Assembly (NCBI GenBank): GCA_964016885.1
Contig: OZ024755.1
Coordinates: 13,020,001-13,084,000, forward strand
From: Eledone cirrhosa
Taxonomy: Eukaryota
Direction: 5' to 3'
DNA length: 64,000 bases
The notes beneath the pieces were generated by a model. It worked only from the letters and a program-made list of their open reading frames with translations. It had not been told where the DNA came from and searched no databases. Position numbers and translations under genes: made by a program. Positions within the stretch are counted from its first letter, which is position 1. Every line of letters starts with the position of its first letter. Shown here in pieces: positions 12,840 through 25,702 of the stretch.

Positions 12840-15181
12840 ATTATTACTCCAAGATAAACTTACATAGGAATTCAAGAGAACTCAAAGACTCACTTCTGGG
12901 GGGGGGGGGTAGTCTTTCTTCCTCCCGCACATTGACTTGGCTTGATTGGTTGGTTTGTTGGCTGGTTGACTTGTTGGCTTGTTGACTAGTTGGTTGCTGG
13001 CTGATTGGTTTGTTGGTTGGTTGGTTGGTTGGTTGGTTGGTTCACTGACTGGCTAGTTGGTTTGTTGGTTGGATTGCTGGCTGATTGGTTGATTGGTTTG
13101 TTAGTTGATTAATTGATTAGCTTTGTTGGTTGGATTGCTTGCTGGCTGGTTGGCTGGCTGGCTTGCTATTTAGCTGGATTGCTGGCTTGGCAACTGCTTG
13201 GCTTATAAGCTAGTTGGCATGATACCTGATTGGCATACTAGTTAGTTGGTTGGCTGGTTGATTGGTTGACTTGCTGGCTAGATGGTTGGTTGGTTGGTTG
13301 GTTGGTTGGTTTGCTATTTAGCTGGATTGCTGGCTTGGCAACTGCTTGGCTTGCAAGCTAGCTGGTTGATTGGTTACTCTCTGATGTTTTGTATTGTTGT
13401 GAACTATTTCAGTAAATTCCCCTCACCCTACCTCAATCACAACATAAGAGCAACAACAACAACACTAGCATAACAAAAGCCAAAACCACAACAACAACAC
13501 TACCACAACAAAAGCCAAAACCACAACACCATTACCACCAATAGCAACAACCACAATAACAAGAGCAACAGTGGTGGTGGTAATAGTAATTGTGGTGGTA
13601 GTGATAGTAGTAGTAGTGGTGGTGGTGGTGGTGGTTGTAGCGGTGGTGGTGGTGGTGGTGGTAGTAGTAGTAGTGTTGGTGGTAATAGTGGTAGTAGTAG
13701 TAGTAGTGGTGCCGGTAGTAGTAGTAGTAGTAGTAGTGGTAGTAGTAGTGGTGGTAGTAATAGGTGTTGATAAAATTAAATATAGCAGTGATCTTTCTGA
13801 CATTCTCTATAGTTTACAAAAGCTGGGTCAACTTCCTCTCTTCATTTACTATATATTTATATATATTGTTTTTGTTTATGTTTAGTCACAGACCATGTTG
13901 TCGTTTTTTGTGATGGTGGTGGTGGATGGATGCGTTATTGTGGTAGTGTTGTTGTTGTTAGTGGTGTTGTTTTGGTGTTAATATTGTTCATAAGTACAGG
14001 TGTTATGTTGTTGTTGATGGTGGTAGAAGGTTGGTATTGCTACTGGTGTTGTTTGTGTTGTTATAGCTGTTGTTTCCATGACAAGTTGATGTTGTTAAGT
14101 AGATATTGACTTATAGCTGGTCTAAGGTGTGTGTTTAAGGTTTTTTCCTCATTGCTGTTTAGTTAGGGAAAGTAGGGCAGTACCCATGACCCTTTTGGGG
14201 GTCTCTGAGACTGGTGAAGAGACTGTATCTAAAAATATCCCCTAATAATTTTATGTAAGAACCTTTGTTGTGTTCCAAAAACTAGCTTAATAATAAGAAA
14301 GTTAGTTATATTACAAAATTCCTTCAAATATTTGATTATTTGAAAAATTATTTGAAAAATCATAGGCAGTAATCTTTAAATATAGTGAATTGTGTGATTG
14401 TGCTTATTTGCACCAGTAATAAACCAAGGCACATCTGGGTAATGCTACTAGTGATTCAGTAAATATTTTTAGTGCAAATAGATTGTTGTAAATTACTTTT
14501 GTTCATAACCTTATCCATGTATAATTCATGATGTTAACCTCATATTTTATCATCCGATCTGATCTGTTATTGATTTATTTGAAGCTTTAGTATCTAGGAA
14601 ACTGAAATGGAATATAGCAGGGATAAAGAATGTTTTTAATGTTATTAGATGGAGTCAAGGTGTTATTAGAGAGTATGGCTTGCAATATCAGTGCTTTTAT
14701 GTTCCTCTTCTATGACTGCAGTGTGTTCACAAACATGGCTGGATGGTTAAGAAATTCCTTTTGTAATCATAAAGCTTTCAATTGTTTGATAAACAATTGT
14801 TCAATTAATGAATTATGTTTTAGTGGTTGAGTAATTCACAGACATTTGTCCTTTTAATGTAATTCTCAGGCAGAATCAATGATATGATGTATGACAAGAG
14901 CTAAACCTTTGAATTACAGGGTACAGTTCATCTTGAATTAATATGTAAGTGGTTGAGTATTCCACAGACACGTGTACTTTTAATGTAATTCTCAGGCAGA
15001 ATCAAGATGTGTGTGTATATCATCATCATCATCATCACTGTTTTACGTCCGTTCTTCCACGCTAGCATGGGTTAGATGGGTTGTCCTGTTGTGGGCAGTG
15101 TCCAGTCGGCTGACCTTGTCTTGCCTATACGGGAGTGTGTATATATATGTATATATATATATATGCATGTATGTGTGTGTG

Positions 15182-15212
<31 letters not shown>

Positions 15213-15227
15213 GCATGTATGTGTGTG

Positions 15228-15258
<31 letters not shown>

Positions 15259-15269
15259 GTATGTGTGTG

Positions 15270-15300
<31 letters not shown>

Positions 15301-15363
15301 GCATGTATGTGTGTGTATATATATATGTATATATATATATATATATGCATGTATGTGTGTGTG

Positions 15364-15396
<33 letters not shown>

Positions 15397-15413
15397 GCAT
15401 GTATGTGTGTGTG

Positions 15414-15447
<34 letters not shown>

Positions 15448-15565
15448 TGCATGTATGTGTGTGTGTATATATATATATGTATATATATATATATGCATGT
15501 ATGTGTGTGTATATATATATATATATGTATGTATATATGTGTATATATATATATATATGCATGTA

Positions 15566-15609
<44 letters not shown>

Positions 15610-15899
15610 TATATATATATATATATATATGTATGTAGATATGCATACATGTTTGTATGTATTTATGTATGTATGTTGTGGTCAATGGTAACAACACAAA
15701 CCAGCCAATGAAGGGTTGTCATGTTCTTTCATTCAAACATTTTGTCTTTCTGAGATGCAGAACCTCAGATAGATGTTACTTCATGATCCCAGTGGAGGAC
15801 AGGATTGCTATGTTTATAATTGAAAACAACTTACTAGAAAAAATCCTACCACCAAAAAAAACCCCTACCATCATTAGGTGCAAGCCCACACTTTATAAT

Positions 15900-16355
15900 G
15901 ATAATAATGAAATTATTGTGTACAGTGCTCAGGTGCACTACAACTCATCAAAGGTGCATGTATAGTACATAGAATAATGTACAAATGTCAGGAAAATAAA
16001 CAGTGTATGAGTCATGATATAATAACAATAACAATAATGAAATATTGTGCACAGTGCCCAGGTGCACCACAACCCATCAAAAAAGTGCATGTACAGTACA
16101 TAGGGCAATGCACAAACATCAGTAAAATGAACAGTGCACACATGTGTGCATGTGTATGGAAGGGGCACATCAGGTGTAGTTTTGGCGTATTTCGGGAAGC
16201 ATGAGTGTCTTAAAGGATGCAGTGTCTCGGCAGCTAACAATTGACGCAGGCAGTTTGTTCCATGTTTCAGCAACTCTGAGCGTGAAAAAATGTCTGCGAA
16301 AGTCATGGGAGCTGAAATCACAACACTCCATGATTCTCCACATCTAACTCTTGGC
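15900..16355 (-). mobile_element. CR1/L2-like LINE 3' end (ORF2 C-terminus plus 3' UTR)
   Basis: Minus strand reads HDFRRHFFTLRVAETWNKLPASIV, the typical FF..RV...WN.LP motif. Its 3' UTR recurs at 53280-53440. Confidence 0.65.
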
Positions 16356-16599
16356 ATACCTCCTTCCTTCCCACCACCATCACCATCCTATACTGGTAAT
16401 TTACTGCTAGTTAATAATTCTAGACAAGCTCTCAGAAATAGCTAGCATATTCAGTCTACACATCTCGGCTAATAACCTAGTACAAGTGACAGGACACATC
16501 ATCTATAATTAGGAAAATATATTTGTTTCATAGAGAGCTGTCAGTTGCAAAGGCCAAACAGTACTGGACTCTTGACTCACGCAGTTATCAGGGATTGCA

Positions 16600-17330
16600 T
16601 CATGCTGTAGCTATTATAACATGTTCTTCACTCTTAACATCCTCTAATGATTTAGCAGGGAGTATCTAAATATGGGGTTTGTTCATTCAAATGTTTATAG
16701 TATAATAAGTCTGCAGTAAAGGCCCTTCCATCAACAATTCATCTTTTATGAGCTCGCAGCAATCTCTATTTGTAGACAGGTTTTGCTATAGACTTCAATT
16801 TTCAATGTTGATGCAACCAATGATGTATCTATATGCTTGTTAAATAACATCCTACAATAATTTAGCAGAAATGGGTTGGTTCTTTCAAATATTTATAGTA
16901 TCTTTACTTCTGGACGGATCTTTGTGAAAATATTCTTTATTATGCTAAATACTTTAATTTTCAATGTGACTCAGTTAATTATTCTAAAAATAATGTTATG
17001 TATGTGTAGTTGTTAATTAACTCTTAACATACTACAATGATTCAGCAAAAAGTATCTTAATTTGGGTTTGTTAATTCAAATGTTCATAGTAACTTTATGT
17101 GTGAACGAATCTTTGTGAAAATCTGCCTATTTAGAATAAAGACTTGCATTTTAACATGGTGCAGTCGTTTATGCTAAAAATAATATTGTGGGTATGGGAA
17201 GTTCATTGACTATTAATATCCTGTAGTGATTTAGCAGAAAATATCTAAATATGGCTTTATTAATTCAAGTATTTATATCTTTACGACTGGACAGATTGCT
17301 GTGAAAATTTGCTGGATTAGAATACAGAAT
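16600..17330. repeat. Degenerate ~190-210-bp tandem repeat (4 copies)
   Basis: CTCTTAACATCCT..AATGATTTAGCAG...TTCAAATGTTTATAGTA recurs. The same family is at 42430-43085. Confidence 0.7.
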
Positions 17331-17507
17331 AGTTTGATAGTTTTGTTGTCTGAGGCTGGCGGAATTTGTCTGTCTGGAGTCCATGTGTTATGGAGTTGGA
17401 ACTAAAAGCTTTAACAAAATTCACCAATTAAAATCTCAAGTTACTCCTTCTTATTTACGGTTAGCAGTGTTCTCCAGCTGACTTTTCTGTTAATACTCCC
17501 AGAACAT

Positions 17508-17711
<204 letters not shown>

Positions 17712-19853
17712 CTCCTTCTGGTTTCATTCATTAGACAACGACCATACTGGAGTATTGTTTTGAAAAGATTTTCTTGATTATATTGACACTCCAAACTTTT
17801 TGTCAAACTGCTAAGTTAGGAGACAGAAATAGTCACATACATACACACAAACTTGGCCATACCCACACATACAGACCTACATACACACACATGTATATAT
17901 AAAATCTAATATATTTGCAATAATGGCAGTTTAACTCTTTCATGAACACATTTCTAATGAAAAACCTCTGCTTCTTAGTTTCAAATTATTTTGAAAATAA
18001 TCAACAATTTGGAGAGATTTAGTAACATAACTAACTTTCTCATTATTTATTTGGTATGTGTGTGTATATATATATACATATGTAGGTAAGTATGTGAGCG
18101 TATGTGATATGTATGTGTATATGTATTTATGAACCTATGTGTGTAGATATGTATAGATGTAAATGTGTATGTGGGTATATGACTGTGTATATGTATGTGT
18201 GTGCAATATGTGTTTGTATGTGTGTTTATATATTTATGTATATAATACCATTTTCAGCTTTAATACAAGATATCACATTCTAGTAGAATAAGCAGAAATT
18301 TCTGGGGAGTTTTATAATGGTATAGGGATGTGGGGGGGGTGGGGGTAGGGAGGGAGGGTGTATGAGGTTGGTAAGGATAGAGAGGTAGGTAGATGGGAGG
18401 TTGGTGAGTGTAGTGAAGGAGGGGGGGGAGGTAGGTTTGGAGGTTGGTGAAACAGGAAGGATCAGAAGGAATAGAGAGTAAATGTGGAGTGAGAGTGGGG
18501 AGGGGAAGGAAAAAATAAAAACTATAATATTTCAGCTGCTCCAATATTTCAAAATCAAAATGAAATCATAAAAACATTTTAGAAATCCACTCCCCCCGCA
18601 CACGCACACGCACACACAAACCCTCCACCACTACCCGCCTCAGGAAAATCTATAAAATAATAAAATTTTTCTTAAAATTTTATTTGGTAAAGTTAAAGAA
18701 AAACAAGAGCAAAGAAAAAATTCAATCTGTACCACTTCCTAAAGTTAATATTTGAGACTAACACTAGCACTACTACTACCAATACAACACTAGCTCTACT
18801 TTTATTACTATTATCAAAATCACTACATTCTTGCCCCCAAAATAGCTCTACTAGAAACAGCCCATATCCTATACAAAACATTACAATTCAATAGTACAGC
18901 TGAAATAGAATGATCTTTGCACACAACATATACCATATACAATAAGTGTCCTTAATAAAATAAAAGAACACAACTCATACATATACTATACATTAATAGC
19001 CAATAAAAGAACACAGTTTACATTATTACATATACCATACACAACAGAGCAAACACTAAAATAATGTAAGAAACAACAAGCTAACTCTCTCCTAACATAA
19101 CAAAACAAGACTGGTGAGGTCAACTTTGTCTTTCATCCTTTTGAGGTCAATAAAATATAGTACCAGTCAAGTACTAGAGTTGATTTAGCACTTTCATTAC
19201 CATACTTCTAATGAAAAACAATGTTTATAAATTTTGATATCATTTTGAAAATGATCAAAGATTTGGAGGGTTTTAGTAACATAACTTTCTCAATATTAAG
19301 CCGCTTGTTTGGAGCATAAATCTTACATTGAAGGTCAATATTTTGCTGATTTTCTGAGTTCAAATCCTGCCGAGGTTAGCTTTGCCTTTCATCCTTATGG
19401 GATCGATAAACTAAAGTACCAGTAATGCACTGGGGTCGATTTAATTATGTTCCCCTTATTGTTGGCCTTATGTCTAAATCAGAAACCAATATTTTGCCGA
19501 TTTTTCACCAACTTCAAAGTCTATATAAATGACGTGCTAAAATATTTTTGCTTTGGAAGTGAATATTTCAACGATTTCATTTATGAGGTGAAATTTGTTT
19601 TTCCTATTTTTTATGTTTTGAATGAATATGGCCTTCAAAATGGTCAGAAATTGGTAATAGAGTTATGAAAAAAAAAACTATACCCTAAACGACACTTAAA
19701 ATATTATAAATCTCAAAATAGTAAAACTTCATAAAAATATTCTCCACTCAAGAGAATTTCAAAACTGCACCATCTAAACATGGGGCTTGGTTTTTTACTC
19801 ATTTCTTGAACATAAAACAGGGATTTGGCTTATATTTGAGTATATACAGTAAT

Positions 19854-20080
19854 TTAACCCTTTAGCATTCACATTATTCTATATATACTATTATATTTTC
19901 ATAGTAAATGCTTTAACTCACATAATTATCTCACATAATAACGAATCTATGAGATTTTGAAAGTATTTATTTTGAGAACAATACCTTAACATCAGTTTGA
20001 GTGACCAGTTACAGCCAGTTTCAACAGTAAAAGGTAAAGAATTCTGGTCGGTTTTGGCCGGTTTGAACATTAAAGTGTTA
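19854..20080. mobile_element. piggyBac-type MITE (degenerate copy)
   Basis: TTAACCCTTTAGCATT left end, internal similarity to 49347-49553. Confidence 0.6.
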
Positions 20081-23000
20081 ATTATACAAATTTGTATAAA
20101 ACTGTGATCCTTTAAGGTTCAGTAATGTGTCTCCCTGAGGTCTGTGTCCTTAGCAACTTCCTAGTTAGCCTTAATGGTAGCACCAACCCTGGGTAGGAGT
20201 CAGTTAAACCAATATAAACTGTACCTCCTTCCACACACAATGTTTGTGTCTTGTAGCCAAAATTTGTTGTTATTGCCACCTAATAACAGAAATAACTTTC
20301 TAGGGAAGTAAGGGGGCTCCTCCATTACAAATGGCAAAATCAGATTGGATGGAAAAGGGGACATAGAAGCTAATTAGGGGTGAATATAAGGATCAAATTA
20401 GTGGTTATATTTAGCCTGGTTAATATCAGTGGTACTTCCTCACTCACTACCCACCCCTTCTCAATAATCAACCCCCTACAACATATCCTTTGCCTGTGCT
20501 CCTTTGTTACTTCCCCTTGGATATATTCCATCAACCATAGTCACCATTCTTCCTCTTCCTCCTTTCATACTGTCATCTTATATATAGTGTTCTTTATAAT
20601 TGTCTCTTCTGGTATTTGTCTCTATATCAGTAGGCACCTCTTAACCAAATATACACTCCAATCCACTACCCCTACCCTATCCTCCCACTCCCACCAACAC
20701 CACCCTCTCTCTGTAAAGTTGGTACCACAACATCCAGTCCAAATAAATGAGATAATGAGATCGAGATCGTGTAGGGGTCATGACAAAAACAAAAAAAAAC
20801 ACATAGTCCACACTGAAATGTGGCCATGTAGATAACACGGTAAAAAGTTCCCAGTTTCACACTGTAAATGTGGTTGGTGTTATGAAGGGCATCCAGCCGT
20901 AGAAAACCTGCCAGACAGTCCTATATGAGAGAGACACGGTCACCTGACCAACCTTGCCTCAAGTGGGACAACTCCCGCCTAATCCATGCTAGCATGGAAG
21001 ATAGACGTTAAACGAAGATGGTGATGGTGATGGTGATGATAATGATGATGATGATGATGGTGATCACTCATACCACCACCACTACATCATCACAGTTGAC
21101 CTCTGTGTGTGTGTGTTTGTGTGGTTGCATATGGTTGTGTGTGGGGGTGGCTGTGGGTGTTATATGGCTGTATGTCGGATGGGTGTGGGTGTGTAGTATA
21201 CACACACATGCACACACACATATTTATACATACATCACCATCTAACCTATGCTAGCGTGAAGAACGGACGTAAAACGGTGATGATGATGATCTGTACATG
21301 CTCTCAAATTAACATTGTACATCCATCCATCAAAGCTTGATGAAAAAGCACCCAGTCCAACCTGTAAGATGGATGTGCTTGTGTCACAATAAAAAGCATG
21401 CAGTCCACACTGTAAGGTGGTTGGCATTAGGAAGGGCAGCCAGCCATAGAAACTAAGCCAAAATACTGATCCATATGAGCAAAACGTGGTCATCTGACCC
21501 GACTTGTTTCATAACATGACAACCTATCTAACCCATGCAAAAATGGAAGTTGGATGAGGATGATATATATATCATCATCATCATCACTGTTTTACGTCTG
21601 TTCATCCACGCTAGCATGGGTTCAAATTAGTGGTTATATTTAGCCTGGTTAATATCAGTGGTACTTCCTCACTCCCCACCCACCCCTTCTCAGCTATGGG
21701 CAGTAGCCAGTCGGCTGGCCTTGTCTTGCTCATACGGGAACTGATTCTGGCCTAATTTCTACAGCTGGATGCCCTTCCTAACACCAACCTCATTTACAGT
21801 GAGTGCTGGGTGCTTTTTTTCCGTGGCGCCTACACATCCACTTTACAGTGTCGGCTGGGTGCTTTTTTGCCATGGCACCTCCACGACCACTTTGCAGTGG
21901 GAGGGTGTGGGGGCATATTGTCTATATGCTTCAGCTTCGGCTTGTATCCGTGGGTGGGTCGGGTCTTCTATATTACTGCGTGACGCCAGAGGTCACAGTC
22001 ATCTATCATCGCCTTTGAGAGGTGTAATTGGGTAAGGTCGGCTTTTATCACCTCATCCCAGGTCTTCTTGGGTCTCCCCACTCCACGGTTTCCATCAACT
22101 TCTAGTGCTCTGCACATATATATATATATATATATATATTTGTGTGTGTGTGTGGAGGCATGTGGCCTAGTGGTAGATCCTTCTAGCTTAAGACAGACTT
22201 TAGACTTTATATATATATATATATATAGCAAAGGTAAAAATATATATACAAAGCTTAAATGTATGTAGAGAATTATATATGATAGTATGTAATTGCCAAG
22301 TAGCTTCAGAATTAGTTCAATGTGTTTATATATTGTTGGTCTGAAGAAAAGGTGGATTTTTTTTTAGAGAGAAATAGTTGGAAAGGCAGACATAAATACA
22401 GAGCAAATATAATCAAATATATAGATGGAAGAATTAGTTTTTCAATCACTTTTAATGATTTAAAAATTAATTTTTCCATCTATATATATTATTTAAAAGA
22501 GAGATGTTTATTGGTTGTTTGTTCAGTGAAACACACAGACATGAAGTAAACATCATAATTTAAGGTTTTGTATTTTCTGTGCTAGCATGGGTTGGGTCAG
22601 GTTGGGTTATTAGAGATCAAGTACTATTTAGTCAAAGTTATTGTCTTGCTAAGAGATGATACCTCATTTTGTTTATGTATGTTATTTTTGATACAGCTGA
22701 ATGAAATAATATCTCTAAAATTTAGCTCAATCATTATAAGGAAATATTCCCAGAATTTAACACACATGCAATGCTACACACCCTGAGTGTAGCCCACAAA
22801 CCCAATTGAACACACATATGTAATATAATACATACTTGGTGTAACACACCCTTCTCCTTCGGTAATAACACTTAATGGACTTGGCTAATTTCTGTGTCAA
22901 TAAAGACCTTATTACATTCTGAAGCTTACGCCACAGCATATGGGAATGTCTTTGAATTATTACATACCTGTGTATCAAACATGACTGACAGACCAGCATA

Positions 23001-23666
23001 GGGACTAAGAGACATCTGGGTATCAAACATGAGAGACAGACTGGGGTAAGGCCCATGAGTTAGAATAGCTATTTCAATGTACCTCTCTTGTTATCCCTCT
23101 GGACCTTGAAGTAGCATACACCAGGGGTTCTGTCCACCAGATAGCATTCCCCCATACTGTCTCTGGGCCTGTACCAGTGGGGTAGTGATGGTATAGATTA
23201 CTAATACCTATGACCTCCGCCAGCTCAAACGTGTTACTTCTTATCATCTCGGAACCAGAGTTTGTGATAACCAGCTTAGTATCAAAAGGGTCATATTCTA
23301 AAATAGTATATTTTTGTTAGAAATATGGTCCCAAAAGGGTTAAGATTTTAGTGAAATACTACTTGATATCTGTTCTATGTTTGCATGTGTGTCTGTGTTT
23401 GTATGATTATATATATATAAATATTTATATATATATATATGAGAGAGAGACATTTACATCCATACATACATTCATATATACATACATACATTCATATATA
23501 CATACATACATATATATATATGTATGTATGTATGTATATGTATGTATGTATGTATGTATGTATATGTATGTATATGTATGTATGTATATGTATGAGAGAG
23601 ATACATACATCTATATATATATAGAGAGAGAAAGAGAGACATACATACATATACATGTATATATAT

Positions 23667-24012
23667 GAAGGCACATGGTTTAGTGGTTAGAGCATTGGCC
23701 TTGCAATCGAAAGGTTGTGAGTTCAATTCTCAGACCAGGTGATGTGTTGTTTCCTTGAGCAAGACACTTTATTTCACATTGCTCCAGTTTACTCAGCTGT
23801 AGAAATGAGATGATAGGGACTGGGGTCCATATCATTCCACTGCAAAGTGGTCGTGGAGGTGCCACGGCAAAAAAGCACCCAGCACTCACTGTAAATGAGG
23901 TTGGTGTTAGGAAGGGCATCCAGCTGTAGAAATCAAGCCAGAATCAGTTCCCGTCCCACCCTTGCAAGCAGGGAAAAGTGGACGTAAAATGATGATGATG
24001 ATGATGATGATG
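23667..24012 (+). mobile_element. tRNA-derived SINE, full length, RTE-type tail
   Basis: Same family as 4545-4876. Confidence 0.85.
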
Positions 24013-24020
24013 ATATATAT

Positions 24021-24190
24021 GAAAAGATTGAGGACCCAGGTGTTTCAGCAGCTAGTTTGGATCTAGCTGTCAAAACAGCTGGAGCTCAGCCATCAGGGTC
24101 CTGAATCTTTTCATTTTACCCACTCTACTACCCCCAATATCGAGTATTCTGGTAGGTTATGGTCTACTTGGTTTTTACCACACCCTATTA
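24021..24190 (+). mobile_element. TA-flanked ~170-bp dispersed element (family also at 41645-41790 and 52191-52350)
   Basis: Shared GGATCTAGCTGTC...GAGCTCAGC...TTACCCACTCTACTACCC...TTACCACACCC. Every copy ends at a (TA)n tract. Confidence 0.7.
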
Positions 24191-24194
24191 TATA

Positions 24195-24233
<39 letters not shown>

Positions 24234-24825
24234 ACAGACGTACAGTAGTATGTATATATATACATACATGCACACATATATATATGTATGTATACATACA
24301 TACATATATGTATACAGACGTACAGTAGTATGTATATATATACATACATGCACACATATATATATATATGTATGTATACATACATACATATATGTATACA
24401 GACGTACAGTAGTATGTATATATATACATACATGCACACATATATATATATGTATGTATACATACATACATATATGTATACAGACGTACAGTAGTATGTA
24501 TATATATACATACATGCACACATATATATATATATGTATGTATACATACATACATATATGTATACAGACGTACAGTAGTATGTATATATATACATACATG
24601 CACACATATATATATGTATGTATACGTACATACATATATGTATACAGACGTACAGTAATATGTGTATATATACATACATGCACACATATATATATGCACG
24701 TATCGGTTTACCGAACATTTATTATAATGTTCGGTTTGTTTGTTTGTAAACAAACAAACAAACCGAATTACGCCGTGCAGTGTTTAGGCAACCACGTCAC
24801 CTTTTTGTTCAACACTGACACAGGA

Positions 24826-24868
24826 ACGATGTACTAGTTTCAAGCTTATTAGCTATCGTCAGCATCGT
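24826..24868 (-). ncRNA. Minimal type I hammerhead ribozyme
   Basis: Minus strand ACGATG-CTGACGA-TAGCTaataAGCTT-GAAAC-ta-GTA^CATCGT. Stem I has 6 perfect bp, stem III region is palindromic ACTAGT, and there is a U.U pair at the base of stem II. Confidence 0.8.
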
Positions 24869-24942
24869 ATACCTTCCTGCCAGATGGTTGAACATCTGAA
24901 GGTATATACTTTCCTTATGCATATTAACCGCTGAGCAGCCTA

Positions 24943-24950
24943 ATTTGCAT
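24943..24950 (-). promoter_or_regulatory. Octamer motif ATGCAAAT upstream of hammerhead
   Basis: Exact octamer at the same relative position as in the 467-bp units. Confidence 0.45.
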
Positions 24951-25210
24951 ATCGAGTGAGTTCAGTCGGCCGGGCACACCGAAAACGATAAATAGAATAG
25001 AATGAAACGAAATTTCATTTCTCGCTTTTAGTACGGCACTTACTTAAATGTAAGTATGTATGTATACGTACATATATATATGTATACAGCCGTACAGTAG
25101 TATGTATATATATACATACATACTTACATACTTACATACATACATACTTACATTTAAGTAAGTGCCGTACTAAGAGTGAGAAATGAAATTTCGTTTCATT
25201 CTATTCCATT

Positions 25211-25263
<53 letters not shown>

Positions 25264-25308
25264 ATATATATTTATATATTTATATATATATATATATATT
25301 TATATATT

Positions 25309-25341
<33 letters not shown>

Positions 25342-25416
25342 ATTTATATTTATATATATTTATATATATATATTTATATATGTAGATAAATCTACCAAGA
25401 GTTTACGGTAGTGTCC

Positions 25417-25559
25417 ATTTCTGAAGACGGCATATATATGTGTTGGGTATGTATATTTAATTTTGATAGTTTGTATAATTTTGTATAATTTTGTACATAG
25501 ATCTGTTGAATATGCATGCCAATTCTAACACATATATATCCTAGAAACGATCGTTAAAT
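25417..25559 (+). ncRNA. Degenerate type I hammerhead with long stem II
   Basis: ATTT-CTGAAGA-(ATATATATGTGTTGG...CTAACACATATATAT)-GAAAC-gatc-GTT^AAAT, in a TA-flanked segment. Confidence 0.55.
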
Positions 25560-25671
25560 AATGAACTTTTTTTGTTTAATATAAGGAACTGTTTCATTGT
25601 TTTATTCATTATTTTTTTAATATTTTATATTTATATATATATATTTATATATATATTTATATATATATATT

Positions 25672-25702
<31 letters not shown>

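Larger units (their letters stand above)
24226..25212 (-). mobile_element. Diverged retrozyme/Penelope-like unit related to the 467-bp array, with internal ~80-bp tandem repeats and an inverted terminal segment
   Basis: Collinear similarity to the 467-bp unit (hammerhead, octamer, AAACGAAATTT hairpin, GTATAC..TAGTATGTATAT segment). 25130-25212 is the reverse complement of 24990-25065. Flanked by (TA)n. Confidence 0.75.

Noticed and set aside
22335-22395. CTGAAGA...GAAA pair
   Set aside because: No convincing stems I-III, likely chance.
22757-23056. 99-aa minus-strand ORF, possible retroelement remnant
   Set aside because: No recognisable motif and partly composed of a short tandem duplication.
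23667-23740. tRNA gene
   Set aside because: The tRNA-like head lacks a proper acceptor stem and continues into a SINE body, and it is repeated as a dispersed SINE.
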